Part shown: positions 24,243 through 34,684 of the stretch, in pieces | Layout of the letters: every line of letters begins with the position of its first letter | How positions within the stretch are numbered: the first letter of the stretch is position 1 | Assembly: GCA_963736115.1 (NCBI GenBank) | Contig: CAVTNR010000027.1 | Coordinates: forward strand, 32,001-96,000 | DNA: 64,000 nucleotides | Direction of reading: 5' to 3' | Source of the DNA: an uncultured bacterium | GTDB lineage: Bacteria; Zhuqueibacterota; QNDG01; DTFT01 | The notes under the pieces: model-generated | Databases searched by the model: none | Told to the model about the DNA's origin: nothing | Seen by the model: only the letters and a program-made list of their open reading frames with translations | Made by a program: the position numbers and the translations under genes

Positions 24243-24911
24243 ATGGAATCCGCATCGAATGAGACATTCAGCACCCTGTTCCGAAGCGTGATCGATTTCC
24301 TCCCGAACATCATATCCGGACTGGCGGTCGTTCTCACCGGGAGCCTGATCGCCTGGTTCTTCAAGCGCCTGACGATCCGCCTGGGCTGGGCGCTCCGGCT
24401 CGAAAGGAATCTCACGCGGTATCGATGGGGCCAGGACTTCACCAAGGCGGACGTCCGCTACGGCCTGTACGTCTTCGCCGGGAACCTGATGTTCCTGGTG
24501 GTGTTCATTTTCTTCCTGGACAGCGCGTTCCGGCTGTGGCGGCTCCATATGCTCTCCCAGATTCTGGAGCAGGGAATTTTTTATCTTCCGAAGCTCGCGA
24601 TCGCGCTTCTGGCCTTCTTCGCCGGATGGCTGATCGCGGCGGCCGCCTCCCGCCGCGTCCAGAGAGCGCTCCAGAGGGAAGAGGTGCCAAAGGCGACGCT
24701 GGTCGCCCGAGTCGTCCATGCGGTGTTGATACTCTTCTTCTCGGCCATTGCCCTAGTCGAATTGAACGTGGCGAAGACGATTGTGGTAATCGGATTCACG
24801 ACCGTCTTCGTGACGCTGGGGGCCATGGCCGTCGTTTCCGTGGCCGTTCTGGGGCGGCCGCTCGTTGAAAACCGGAGTCCCGTTCCGCGTCGCGGCACGA
24901 GGCGCAAATGA
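24243..24911 (+). CDS. TM-helix-repeat (CmpX/MscS N-terminal-like) membrane protein
   Basis: Repeated FLPNIISGLAV and YLPKLAIAL helices. Confidence 0.7.
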   Translation: MESASNETFSTLFRSVIDFLPNIISGLAVVLTGSLIAWFFKRLTIRLGWALRLERNLTRYRWGQDFTKADVRYGLYVFAGNLMFLVVFIFFLDSAFRLWRLHMLSQILEQGIFYLPKLAIALLAFFAGWLIAAAASRRVQRALQREEVPKATLVARVVHAVLILFFSAIALVELNVAKTIVVIGFTTVFVTLGAMAVVSVAVLGRPLVENRSPVPRRGTRRK

Positions 24912-26338
24912 AGAAACGGAACAGCACCGTTCGGGACGCCAAGCCGCCGGCCGTCATGCGGGCGGGAAGCCGACTGCACGGACCGGTCCCCGCACCGGAA
25001 GGCGGTTTCGCCGCCCTACTGCTCCGGGGAAACCGGGCGGATCTCGAAACGCACCTGAACCGCCTGAAGCCCGCGGAGACGGCCTTGCTGGTCGCCCGTC
25101 TCGACGATGAGGAGCGGGAACGGCTGTTCCGAATCCTCGAACCCGGCCAGGCGGCCGATGTGATCCGCGACCTGACGGATGAACAGGCGGCGGACGTCAT
25201 CGAGGATCTTGACACGTCCCACGCTGCGTCGATCGTCGAGCGGCTAGCGGACGACGAGCGGGCCGATGTACTCGGCGATATACCGAACCGCAGGGCCAGG
25301 GCGATCCTCAGGAAACTGCCCCTGTGGAAGGCCGCCCAGACACGCAGGCTGATGGCCTATCCCGACGCCACGGCCGGCGGTCTCATGACCAGCGATTTTG
25401 TGGCGTTTCCGCAATACTGGACGGTGCGTCGGACCATCCGGACGCTCCGCCGGAACCATGCGCGATACGCACGCTTCGATGTGCAATACGTGTACGTGCG
25501 CGACCATCTCGGGAGGCTGGCCGGCATCCTTCGTCTCCGCGACCTGCTGCTCGCTCCGGAACAGTCGGTCCTGTCCGATCTGATGCTCCGGGAAACCGTC
25601 CTCGTCCGAACCGACGAACCCATGGAAGGGCTGATTCCGCTTTTCCGTGAACGGGGATTCATGGGGCTCCCCGTGGTCGACCGCCGGCGCCGGATACTCG
25701 GCGTCGTGACGCGGCAAAGCGCCTTCGAGGCGCTCGGCGACGACTCCCAGCGCCAGTTCCTCAAGATGAGCGGCATTCTCGGGGGCGAGGAATTCCGGGG
25801 CATGCCGTTCCGGCGCCGCGCAGGCCGGAGGCTCTCCTGGCTGGGCATCAACGTGCTCCTCAATATTCTCGCCGCCAGCGTCATTGCGGCGAACCAGGAC
25901 ATCCTGTCCGCCGCGGTCGTGCTCGCAGTTTTTCTGCCGATCATTTCGGACATGAGCGGCTGTTCCGGAAATCAGGCCGTGGCCGTGAGCATCCGTGAGC
26001 TCAGCCTCGGCCTGATCCGTCCCCGCGAGGTGGCAAGGGTCCTCGGCAAGGAAATCGGACTAGGCGCGGTTAACGGAACCGTGCTGGGAGGCCTGGTAGC
26101 GCTTGCGGCTTTCCTGTGGAAGGGGAACGCCTGTCTGGGACTCGTCGTCGGGTCCGCCCTTGCGTTGAACACCATGCTGTCGGTCTGCCTCGGCGGCGTT
26201 CTGCCGCTCCTCCTCCGGCGGTTCCGGATGGACCCGGCACTTGCCTCCGGACCGATTCTGACCACGCTCACCGATATGGCCGGATTTTTTATGGTCCTCC
26301 GATTCGCGGGGCTTGTACTGCCGCGTCTGGCTGGATAA
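24908..26338 (+). CDS. mgtE: Magnesium transporter MgtE
   Basis: DDERADVL, YPDATAGGLMT, a CBS pair, FLPIISDMSGCSGNQ and DPALASGPILTTLTD motifs. Confidence 0.92.
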   Translation: MKKRNSTVRDAKPPAVMRAGSRLHGPVPAPEGGFAALLLRGNRADLETHLNRLKPAETALLVARLDDEERERLFRILEPGQAADVIRDLTDEQAADVIEDLDTSHAASIVERLADDERADVLGDIPNRRARAILRKLPLWKAAQTRRLMAYPDATAGGLMTSDFVAFPQYWTVRRTIRTLRRNHARYARFDVQYVYVRDHLGRLAGILRLRDLLLAPEQSVLSDLMLRETVLVRTDEPMEGLIPLFRERGFMGLPVVDRRRRILGVVTRQSAFEALGDDSQRQFLKMSGILGGEEFRGMPFRRRAGRRLSWLGINVLLNILAASVIAANQDILSAAVVLAVFLPIISDMSGCSGNQAVAVSIRELSLGLIRPREVARVLGKEIGLGAVNGTVLGGLVALAAFLWKGNACLGLVVGSALALNTMLSVCLGGVLPLLLRRFRMDPALASGPILTTLTDMAGFFMVLRFAGLVLPRLAG

Positions 26339-26447
26339 AAAAAGGAAAGTCCGGCTCGAGCGGTCGCGGATACTCGCGACCCGCTGAAAATTTCTCTTGA
26401 AACCGGCGGGATTTTGCGTTATTTTAGCGTTGCATCATCGTTGACGC

Positions 26448-27674
26448 ATGATCGGAAGAGCCGGCTTGACCTATAAATCCGCGATCCGAAACGCCTACTT
26501 TTTCGGAATTTTCGCCCTGGGCGCATCGACTCCCTTTCTGCCCGTTTTTCTCAAGGAACGCCTCGGATTCGACAACCGGGAACTGGCCCTCATCCTCATG
26601 GTGCGGCCGGCCATGGCGCTTCTGGGTCAGCCGTTCTGGAGCTGGCGGGCCGATTCCGCGAGGAGCCGGACGCGCCTGGCCGCGACAGCGAGCGTGTTGT
26701 CCGCCCTCTGCTTCCCCCTCGTCCTGGCGGGACATCGTTTTTCCGCCGTACTCCTGTTCATGGCCATTTCCGCGTTTTTCTTCATGCCGTTCAACTCGAT
26801 GAGTGACACGATCACCTTCGATTATCTGGGCGCGTCCCGACGGAATCATTTCGGGAGCTTCCGCATCTTCGCGTCGCTCGGATTTTTCGCGGCCGTCATT
26901 CTCTCCGGGCCCCTGTACGACAGGCTCGGCCTGCGCTGGCTCTTTCTACTGTTTTCGCTGGGCATGCTGGTTTCGGCGGGTTTCATTCGAAAGGTTCCCT
27001 CCCGCCGCCGTGAAGCGCGGCAATCCGGCGACTGGCTGCCCCTGTTCGCTTTTCTCCGCAGGCGGAACGTGCTGTTTTTCATCCTGGCGGTTCTCGTATC
27101 CGAGACGGCGAACCAGATGGCGTACGTTTTTCTCAGCGTATACGCCAAATCGCTTGGAGCGAACAACGCCCAGACGGGATGGATCTGGGCGACGGCCACG
27201 GGCATGGAAATGATCACCATGGCTTTCATGCCGGTCATCATCCGCCGCGTTGGACTGAAGAACGTTCTCGTGCTGGGAACCTTTTTCGTGCTGTTCCGAT
27301 GGATGCCCTTCGCCTTCGTCCATGACTGGTGGATGCTCCTGCCCTTCCAGTGCTTCCACATCATCACGCTCACTTTCGTGTACGTGGGCGCGGCGATTTT
27401 CATGGACGCCGAGGCTTCGCCGGCGATCCGTTTCTCGGCTCAGGCATTTTTCAGCACCTTCGTGCTGAACGGAGCCGCCCTGTTCGGCACCCTGCTCGGC
27501 GGCCTGATCAGCCAGCGGCACGGGTACGGCCCGATTTTTTTCGTGTCCGGGGCGCTCGGTGTCGTTTCCGCGGCCGTGATGGCGGTCTTCGTCCGCAACC
27601 CGAGCCGCATCCATCTGCCGGGGGGAGAGAGTGCGCTCCGGCCACAGACCGACCATCGGCCGGCCCGTTCCTGA
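26448..27674 (+). CDS. MFS transporter (LacY/nucleoside:H+ symporter-like)
   Basis: About 12 TMs; PFLPVFLKE and FGSFRIFASLGF motifs. Confidence 0.82.
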   Translation: MIGRAGLTYKSAIRNAYFFGIFALGASTPFLPVFLKERLGFDNRELALILMVRPAMALLGQPFWSWRADSARSRTRLAATASVLSALCFPLVLAGHRFSAVLLFMAISAFFFMPFNSMSDTITFDYLGASRRNHFGSFRIFASLGFFAAVILSGPLYDRLGLRWLFLLFSLGMLVSAGFIRKVPSRRREARQSGDWLPLFAFLRRRNVLFFILAVLVSETANQMAYVFLSVYAKSLGANNAQTGWIWATATGMEMITMAFMPVIIRRVGLKNVLVLGTFFVLFRWMPFAFVHDWWMLLPFQCFHIITLTFVYVGAAIFMDAEASPAIRFSAQAFFSTFVLNGAALFGTLLGGLISQRHGYGPIFFVSGALGVVSAAVMAVFVRNPSRIHLPGGESALRPQTDHRPARS

Positions 27675-27805
27675 CCCGGACGGCCCGGACAAACCTGCGG
27701 GTGAGTGCCGCCGAAAATTAATGATAATGGGAAAAAAATACGGAAGGCCGATCAGGGCAGGGCGTTAAAAGAAGGTTCCCTCTCTGCAGACCGATTTTTG
27801 CGTCG

Positions 27806-28900
27806 TCACTGTTGAACGGTTTTTCTTTCCGAATGCAACACCTGCTCCGCAGCATCAAGCAGATCTCCGGCGATCCAGTCCGGTTTAATGTCGTACTCGC
27901 CGTCCTTTCCGCCGAATCCCGTGCGGACAATAACGGTTTTCATCCCCGCCCGCCTCCCGGTCTCGATGTCGGATGTCTTGTCGCCGATCATCACGCTCCG
28001 CGTCAGATCCAGATTCAGATCCTCCGCTGCCCGGCGAATCAGAGCCTGTCCGGGTTTCCGGCAATCGCATTTCTCGGATTTGCTATGGGGGCAGAAATAG
28101 ACCTTGTCGACCAGGATACCCGCTGCGGACACCTGCTTGAACAGGGCCCGGTTCACCCGGTAGAAATCCTCTTTCGAATAATAGCCTATTCCGATCCCCG
28201 GCTGGTTCGTAATCAGTACAATGCGATAGCCCATGTCCTGGAACCGTTTCATCCCCTCCAGGGCGTTCGGCAGTACGCGGATCCGCTCCGGTTCGTGCAG
28301 ATACTCGGCCTCTTCGATGACGGTCCCGTCCCGGTCCAGGAAAACCGCGGGCGACCGTTTCGCGGGTCGGTGCTCGATGTGCGAGGCGCCCTCCCGCTCC
28401 ACGATCGTTTCAGGCGGCCGGCCGCCGGACGCGAGAATGCGGCCGATCACGTCCGAGGAGGACACTTCCTCGGTGACCGGAATGAGACGGATCTCTCCCC
28501 CGAAGGAGTCCAGCACATCGGACGAAGTGAGTTTTTCCGGACTGTAGTCGCCGGCCTTGATGTAAAACCGGGGTTTCAGGGCTTCCAGGTTGGCCCGGTT
28601 CCTCCGCTCGTCGAAGAGAAAAACGTAATCGACGGATTCGAGGGCGGCTACGAGCTTGAGCCTTTGTGATTCAGGAATAACCGGCCGGTCCGGTCCCTTG
28701 TACTCGCGCACGGAACGATCTGAATTCACGCCCACGACCAAAACGTCGCACAGCGCTTTCGCCTTCTCGAGGTAATCGGCGTGCCCCGCGTGCAGCAGGT
28801 CGAACGCGCCGGATGTGAAGCTGACTGTTTTACCCCGCGACCGGAGGGATTCGCAGACCCGGACGAGTTCGTCCCGGCTCTTGATTTTTTGTTCGATCAT
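27806..28900 (-). CDS. Fusion of an HldC-like nucleotidyltransferase and a GmhB-like heptose bisphosphate phosphatase
   Basis: N-terminal GAFDLLHAGH, VGVNSDRSV..YKGPDRPV, KAGDY; C-terminal FLDRDGT, ITNQPGI, CPH...CDCRKP, MIGDKTSDI. Confidence 0.85.
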   Translation of the reverse strand: MIEQKIKSRDELVRVCESLRSRGKTVSFTSGAFDLLHAGHADYLEKAKALCDVLVVGVNSDRSVREYKGPDRPVIPESQRLKLVAALESVDYVFLFDERRNRANLEALKPRFYIKAGDYSPEKLTSSDVLDSFGGEIRLIPVTEEVSSSDVIGRILASGGRPPETIVEREGASHIEHRPAKRSPAVFLDRDGTVIEEAEYLHEPERIRVLPNALEGMKRFQDMGYRIVLITNQPGIGIGYYSKEDFYRVNRALFKQVSAAGILVDKVYFCPHSKSEKCDCRKPGQALIRRAAEDLNLDLTRSVMIGDKTSDIETGRRAGMKTVIVRTGFGGKDGEYDIKPDWIAGDLLDAAEQVLHSERKTVQQ

Positions 28901-28927
28901 GGACCACGCCTCCGGAAGTCCGGTAGT

Positions 28928-30037
28928 TCAGGCTGAAACCGCCTGCCCCCGGCTCCTGAGTTCATCTTTCAGCCGCCGTGTGGCGTCCTGTATCTTTCCG
29001 AAATCCAGCCCGGTCTCCCGGCACATCTCCGTGACCAGTTCAAATTGAACCGTATTCTCCGTCCGGATCCGTTGCAGCGCCTGCTCGCGGGTCATGAGTC
29101 CCTCGCGTATCATACTGCTGAACAGGTCGTCCTTTTCGGAGAAATCGAACAGCTCCATGAATATCCAATGCTTCAGGAAAGCCAGCTTGCAGTCGAACCG
29201 CCACGGGGATGAGACATTTTCCGGTTTTCGCCACCCCAGTTCCGTCTCGATGATCCGATGTATTTCCGCCTCGTCGAATCCGACATAGTCCAGGTAATCC
29301 ACCTTGATCTGGTCGGAATAGAAAAGCTTCTGCATAACCGGGAACGGCAGGTACTGATACAGGAAGGCCCGGCCTTCCGCTGTCATGCACGGCGGACTTT
29401 TAAAATAGCGGGGATTGACCGCGAGATCCCGCACCAGATTGCCGACCAGACCCAGCGGATTCCGCCGATCCCGGCGGGACCCGGCACCGGCCAGTGCATA
29501 CTTGAAATGGGCTTCCTCCACGCCCCCGGCTCCGGTGACGATCAGCGAAATTCCCTTTTTTTTCGCCGTTTTGCGGAGGCCGATCTCGATATTCCCGTTG
29601 CATATCGTGCAGGTCAGCATGATGAAACCGAGGGACGGTTTTTCCGTCCATGCTTCAAAATTGTGCTTCAGGCATTTCAGAAGCGATCCGCCCCGATCGA
29701 CGTGAAAATCGACCCCCATGGCCTCGGTCATGTTTTTCATGTTTAAAACCGCGGTTTCCGGAACGAGCCCGTTGTCGATGAAATACGCCAGCACTTTCAT
29801 CTTATGGACACGGACCAGCTGGTGCAGAACATAAGCGCTGTCCCGCCCACCGCTGATCCCCACGATCGCATCGTACGGCTGATGCTTCGCTTTCTGTTTC
29901 TCGATTACCGCATCAAGCGCCTCCCGGCCCAAGAACTGCTTCTTCCGGTGGGAAGCGCAGAAACAGCATGTCCCCTGCTCGTTGTATTCGATTCCCGGAT
30001 ACGTTTCCGGAAGGATGCATGAACTGCAGCGTTGCAC
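28928..30037 (-). CDS. N-acetyl sugar amidotransferase-like PP-loop protein
   Basis: N-terminal C..C.....C..C; GISGGRDS PP-loop; ELGW, FDC and IREGLMTREQAL motifs. Confidence 0.75.
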   Translation of the reverse strand: MQRCSSCILPETYPGIEYNEQGTCCFCASHRKKQFLGREALDAVIEKQKAKHQPYDAIVGISGGRDSAYVLHQLVRVHKMKVLAYFIDNGLVPETAVLNMKNMTEAMGVDFHVDRGGSLLKCLKHNFEAWTEKPSLGFIMLTCTICNGNIEIGLRKTAKKKGISLIVTGAGGVEEAHFKYALAGAGSRRDRRNPLGLVGNLVRDLAVNPRYFKSPPCMTAEGRAFLYQYLPFPVMQKLFYSDQIKVDYLDYVGFDEAEIHRIIETELGWRKPENVSSPWRFDCKLAFLKHWIFMELFDFSEKDDLFSSMIREGLMTREQALQRIRTENTVQFELVTEMCRETGLDFGKIQDATRRLKDELRSRGQAVSA

Positions 30038-30197
30038 GAAATTCCTCCTATTCGGATCATGGATAGGACCGGCCGGGACCGGGTTGGGAAAATGTACGAA
30101 AAATCAGTTCCGAAAACAATGTGAAAACGCCGCCGATTTCGCCGATCCGTCCTCTGAGGGATAAAACGATAAAAAGGAAGCGTTGAAAAAGTCCGGA

Positions 30198-31283
30198 TCA
30201 GAAATGCAGGTTCAGACTGAGCCCCGCGGCGCGGGTTCCGGCAGACGGAGTCAGGGAGAAGGATGTGCCGGACGCTGATGGGTTTGAGGGCTTCCCGAAC
30301 ACCCACTCCGCGACACCCGTGAGGATGAGGGCCGCGCCCGCGCCCGTCCACAATCCTGCGGAACGGTTCAGTCGGACCGACCTCCGGTGAAATCGGTCGG
30401 CGTCCGTCTGAACCGAGGCGCGGCGGTAATCGTCCTCCGCCTGGTCGGCGAAACGGAATTGCATGACGCCGATCGCGACGGACGCAATCCCGGCTCCGGC
30501 GGATGCGATCGCCATTTTCCGCAGGAGCGGTTTCGGGCCTGAAGGCGCGGTCTCGATTGTCCAATCGCCGAGTCCCGGCATTTCCGGAACGATCTCGCCG
30601 CGCACGAAATCGCTCTTGCTGATCCGGTCGCCGAGTGACTCGGACAGGATCTCGGCCGCGCATTGACCCGCATGGAATTTACGGATCCGAACCCGGCCGA
30701 CATCCCAATCGCCGCCGTCGCTTTTCCGCCTCCAGACCGTCACTTCGTCCCCGACTGAAAGCCCGGACGAATCCGAAGCGTCTATCAGCACGAGGTTTCC
30801 CCTGATTCGGAGAACCGGGTAAACGGCGGTCGCGGCGTCCGTAGAACGGGAATCAGCCGCAGGCGGGCTGTCCAGGTCCGCGGGTTCCAGGCCTTCGGCC
30901 GCTTTGTCCGGCGTTTCACCCGCCGCCCAAGCCTCCATTTCTCCCGGCCGGCTTTCCGACGGTTCGGGCATGGGCGTTTCCGGCATTTGCGGGATGTCCG
31001 CGAAATCTCCGGTCGAAATTTTCAGATCGATGCTCTCGCTGACAATTTCAGCCGCGCATTTTTCGGCCTGGTACCGTACGACGCGGACGCGTCCGACCTG
31101 GCTGAAAAAACCCAGTTCATTCTTGCGGTATATGTCGACTTCGCCGCCCACGGCCAGTCCGGATGAGGCGTTCATGTCGATCAGCACGTATTGGCGCACA
31201 CGCCTGAGAACCTTCTGCGAATGGGACGCCCCGGCGCCGAGCAGCAATACGAAAATAATGCCCCAGGACAGTACATTTCTCAC
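30198..31283 (-). CDS. Secreted protein with two repeated beta domains and C-terminal hydrophobic helices
   Basis: Signal peptide; duplicated VLID..SSGL.VG.EV...VGRVR...CAAEI.SES....IS..DF. Confidence 0.7.
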   Translation of the reverse strand: MRNVLSWGIIFVLLLGAGASHSQKVLRRVRQYVLIDMNASSGLAVGGEVDIYRKNELGFFSQVGRVRVVRYQAEKCAAEIVSESIDLKISTGDFADIPQMPETPMPEPSESRPGEMEAWAAGETPDKAAEGLEPADLDSPPAADSRSTDAATAVYPVLRIRGNLVLIDASDSSGLSVGDEVTVWRRKSDGGDWDVGRVRIRKFHAGQCAAEILSESLGDRISKSDFVRGEIVPEMPGLGDWTIETAPSGPKPLLRKMAIASAGAGIASVAIGVMQFRFADQAEDDYRRASVQTDADRFHRRSVRLNRSAGLWTGAGAALILTGVAEWVFGKPSNPSASGTSFSLTPSAGTRAAGLSLNLHF

Positions 31284-31531
31284 TGGCCGAAGTCCGCTTT
31301 CCGATGGTCAGAAACGATGCAAAACGCGGTCTGGTAATGCGGACCGCCTGTAAAACACTATGAAACAAGCAAATGGCATGCCTCAATTTGTCAGCGCTCG
31401 CATTTCCCGCTTCGCGGGACGGCGGGGAGGTTCAATCGCCGCGGCATAAAAAAAACGGCGGCCTCAGTCAGGAAAACCGCTGTTCACGGTACGGTTGCCG
31501 TTTTCCTTTTTTTTTATTCCGCAAGGCGTGT

Positions 31532-33433
31532 TCAGGGTTCCGTCAAGCCGGTCTTGTTTTCAGGCGGAGACGTTGCTTCTTCCGTGGGGCCCGGAACACA
31601 GCCGGACAGTGCCTCTTTAACTTTCACCGCGGCCGGCCGGGTCATTCCGGGTACGGCCGTGATTTCGTCGACCGATGCCCGCCGGACGGATTCCACGGAA
31701 CCGAAACGGAGGAGCAGTGCCCTTCGGCGGGCCGGGCCAACACCCGGGACATCGTCGAGGGATGAACGCACGGCGCGTTTGGCCCGCACAGACCGGTGAA
31801 AAGTCACTGCGAATCGGTGGGCTTCGTCGCGTACGCGCTGGAGCAGACGGAGAGAAGCGGAAGCGCGCGGAAGCGTCTGGGGTTCGGACAGGCCGGGTCG
31901 GAAAATCTCCTCGAGCCGCTTGGCGAGGCCGATCACCGGCTGATCCCCGGCCCCGCATGCCCGGAGCGCCTCGCACGCCGCGGAGAGCTGGCCTTTCCCG
32001 CCGTCGACCAGAATCAGGTCGGGCAACGGCTGTTCCTCACGTAACAGCCGCGCTACGCGACGCGACACCGCTTCGGACATGGCCGCAAAATCGTCGATGC
32101 CTTGCACGCTTCGGATCCGGAATTTCCGGTATCCGCTTTTCAACGGCCGGCCGTTCTCGAACACGACCATGGAGGCCACAGTGTCTTTCCCCGCCAGATT
32201 CGAGATGTCGAAGGCCTCGATGCGCATCGGTGTCCGCTCAAGACCGAGGTCACGCTGAAGCGCGGCAACAGACGGCGCCACCCAGTCGCCGGACTGCGAT
32301 TTCTGCAAACGGAGTTCCTCGAGCAAAAGCCGCGCGTTCTGCCGGACCATGGCCATGAGCTCCGCCGGCTTGCCGTCGGTCGGGACCATCAGACGGACGG
32401 CCGATCCTTTCCGTCCGGAAAGCCATTCCTCGACTTCTTCCCGGTCGTCGATGCTGAAGGGGACGTGAATCTCCGAGGGGATAAAATCGGCCCGCAGGTA
32501 ATACTGCTTGAGGAAGGCGGAGAGGATTTCCGGTTCGGGCGTCGCCTCCGCATGCTCAAGGCCGAACTGCCTCCGGTTGACGATCTTGCCGTCCCGCACA
32601 TCGAACACCAGGCCGCAGGCGCCGTCACCGTCCCCCGCCGATGCCACCAAATCCCGTTCGGCCTCCGGATCGCCGGCCACTTTCTGCCTGGACTGGAAAT
32701 GCAGAACTGCGCGGATCTGGTCCCGAAGTAGGGCGGCCTGCTCGAATGCGCGGTTGTCCGCCAGTTCCCGCATCCGCCGCTCCAGCTCCGCCACGAGCTG
32801 CCGGTTCCGTCCCTCGATGAATGCCACCGTCCGTTCGATGATCTTCCCGTATTCGGCCTCCGGGACGCGCCCCTCGCAGGGCCCGCCGCAGCGGCCGAGA
32901 TGGAACTGCAGGCAGATCCTGTGTTTTTTCAGACGGATCGTTTCTTCAGTGATCGCGAGGCCGCAGGTGCGGATCGGAAAGATGCGGCGTATGGCGGACA
33001 GGAGCTGGCGCATCGATCCAACGTCGGTGTAGGGGCCGAAAACGAGGGCGTTGTCCCGGTCGGGCCTCCGAACCACGGTCACGCGGGGGTACGGCTCACG
33101 CGTGACGCGGATATACGGATAGCTCTTGTCGTCCTTCAGGTTCACATTGTAGCGCGGCCGGTGACGCTTGATGAAATTGGCCTCGAGGATCAGCGCCTCG
33201 ATCTCCGAATCCGTGTGGATGAACTCGAAATCGACGACCTTGGACATGAGAACCGCATGCTTGGGGTCACCGGGTTGATCCGGGACGCGGAAGTGCGAGC
33301 GCACCCGGTTCCGCAGAGCCTTGGCCTTGCCGACGTACAGGATCTGCCCCTTCGCGTCCTTGAAGAGGTACACGCCCGGCGCGGCCGGAAGATTTCGGAT
33401 GCGTTCATCCAGATTTCGGGGCATGCCGGTCAT
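31532..33433 (-). CDS. uvrC: Excinuclease ABC subunit C
   Basis: GIY-YIG (PGVYLF..LYVGKA), RYNVNLKDDKSYPY, RIEAFDISN, LILVDGGKGQL, RDEAHRFA and HhH motifs. Confidence 0.97.
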   Translation of the reverse strand: MTGMPRNLDERIRNLPAAPGVYLFKDAKGQILYVGKAKALRNRVRSHFRVPDQPGDPKHAVLMSKVVDFEFIHTDSEIEALILEANFIKRHRPRYNVNLKDDKSYPYIRVTREPYPRVTVVRRPDRDNALVFGPYTDVGSMRQLLSAIRRIFPIRTCGLAITEETIRLKKHRICLQFHLGRCGGPCEGRVPEAEYGKIIERTVAFIEGRNRQLVAELERRMRELADNRAFEQAALLRDQIRAVLHFQSRQKVAGDPEAERDLVASAGDGDGACGLVFDVRDGKIVNRRQFGLEHAEATPEPEILSAFLKQYYLRADFIPSEIHVPFSIDDREEVEEWLSGRKGSAVRLMVPTDGKPAELMAMVRQNARLLLEELRLQKSQSGDWVAPSVAALQRDLGLERTPMRIEAFDISNLAGKDTVASMVVFENGRPLKSGYRKFRIRSVQGIDDFAAMSEAVSRRVARLLREEQPLPDLILVDGGKGQLSAACEALRACGAGDQPVIGLAKRLEEIFRPGLSEPQTLPRASASLRLLQRVRDEAHRFAVTFHRSVRAKRAVRSSLDDVPGVGPARRRALLLRFGSVESVRRASVDEITAVPGMTRPAAVKVKEALSGCVPGPTEEATSPPENKTGLTEP

Positions 33434-33478
33434 TCCTCGGACCTCCGGCCGCCCGGCGGAAAGACGCCGGCGGAAATG

Positions 33479-33517
33479 AAAAAGGCTTGGACACGCGGAA
33501 ACCGTGCGTCAAAGCCT
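33479..33517 (-). terminator. Intrinsic terminator after rplS
   Basis: Minus strand AGGCTTTGACGCACGG-ttt-CCGCGTGTCCAAGCCT followed by TTTT. Confidence 0.65.
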
Positions 33518-33544
33518 GGGTGAAGCGGAATCGGGCGGAGACGG

Positions 33545-33892
33545 TCAGGACTCGATCTGCTCCTCGATCTTGGCCGCCTTGCCTTTGAGCTGGCGCAGGT
33601 AGAACAGCTTGGCGCGGCGGATGCGACCCTTGCGCGTGCGTTCGATTTTCTGGATCAGCGGCGAGTACAGCGGGAAAATACGCTCCACGCCAACGCCGCC
33701 GGATATTTTCCGGACCGTGAAGGTTTTGTTGATGCCGCCGCCGCGCTTCTGGATGCACAAGCCGCGGAAAATCTGGATGCGCTGCTTGTCTCCTTCGACC
33801 ACCTTGAAGTGGACGGCGACGTCGTCGCCCGGGTTGAATTCGGGGACATCCGCCTTGACCTGCTCCGCGCCCACCAGTTCCAGCATGTCCAT
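33545..33892 (-). CDS. rplS: 50S ribosomal protein L19
   Basis: [35 protein letters not shown] and RRAKLFYLR motifs. Confidence 0.98.
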   Translation of the reverse strand: MDMLELVGAEQVKADVPEFNPGDDVAVHFKVVEGDKQRIQIFRGLCIQKRGGGINKTFTVRKISGGVGVERIFPLYSPLIQKIERTRKGRIRRAKLFYLRQLKGKAAKIEEQIES

Positions 33893-33939
33893 TTTAACAA
33901 TCCTCCTTGGATATCGATCGATTGTTCATTCGTATTTAA

Positions 33940-34680
33940 TCAAACCTGCGTTCCGTCCCCGTCATTCAAGCCGGGTTCCGCGGCGTTGCCGTCCGGATCC
34001 CGCTTCAGCAGATCCGGACGCCGTTCGGCCGTCCGACGGAGCGCCTGCTCCTCCCGCCAGGCCTCGATCCGGGCGTGGTGCCCGGAAAGCAGAATGTCCG
34101 GGACTTTCAACCCGCGGAATTCCTCGGGCCGCGTATAATGAGGATGGTCCAGCCTGCCGCTGACAAACGAATCTCCGTCGGCTGAGTCGCTGTTGCCGAG
34201 TACGCCGGGCTGCAGCCGGACCACCGAGTCGATGATCACTGCCGCGGCCAGTTCCCCGCCCGATAGGATGTAATCGCCGATCGAGATCTCTTCGTCGACG
34301 AGCGACTCGATGACCCGTTCATCAACGCCGCGGTAATGGCCGCATAAAAAGACGAGCTGCGGTTCGGCCGCCAGGGACGCGGCTTTTGACTGACTGAAAG
34401 TTTCTCCCTGGGGCGACATCAGCAGGATGCGCAAGTCCGCCCCGGGGCTGTCCCGCCGGATGGCCTCGACGCATCGGAAAATCGGCTCGGGCTTCAGAAT
34501 CATGCCCGCCCCGCCCCCGTACGGGTAATCGTCTACCGTGCGGTGCCGGTCCTCCGCGTAATCCCTCAGGTCCCAGATATGGTACTGGACCCGTTCCTTC
34601 AGGCTGGCCTGGCGGAGCATGCTCTCCGCGAAAATGGCATCGAACATGCCGGGAAACGGGGTGATGACATCGATGCGCAT
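33940..34680 (-). CDS. trmD: tRNA (guanine37-N1)-methyltransferase
   Basis: [41 protein letters not shown] and LLSGHH motifs. Confidence 0.97.
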   Translation of the reverse strand: MRIDVITPFPGMFDAIFAESMLRQASLKERVQYHIWDLRDYAEDRHRTVDDYPYGGGAGMILKPEPIFRCVEAIRRDSPGADLRILLMSPQGETFSQSKAASLAAEPQLVFLCGHYRGVDERVIESLVDEEISIGDYILSGGELAAAVIIDSVVRLQPGVLGNSDSADGDSFVSGRLDHPHYTRPEEFRGLKVPDILLSGHHARIEAWREEQALRRTAERRPDLLKRDPDGNAAEPGLNDGDGTQV

Positions 34681-34684
34681 GCGG

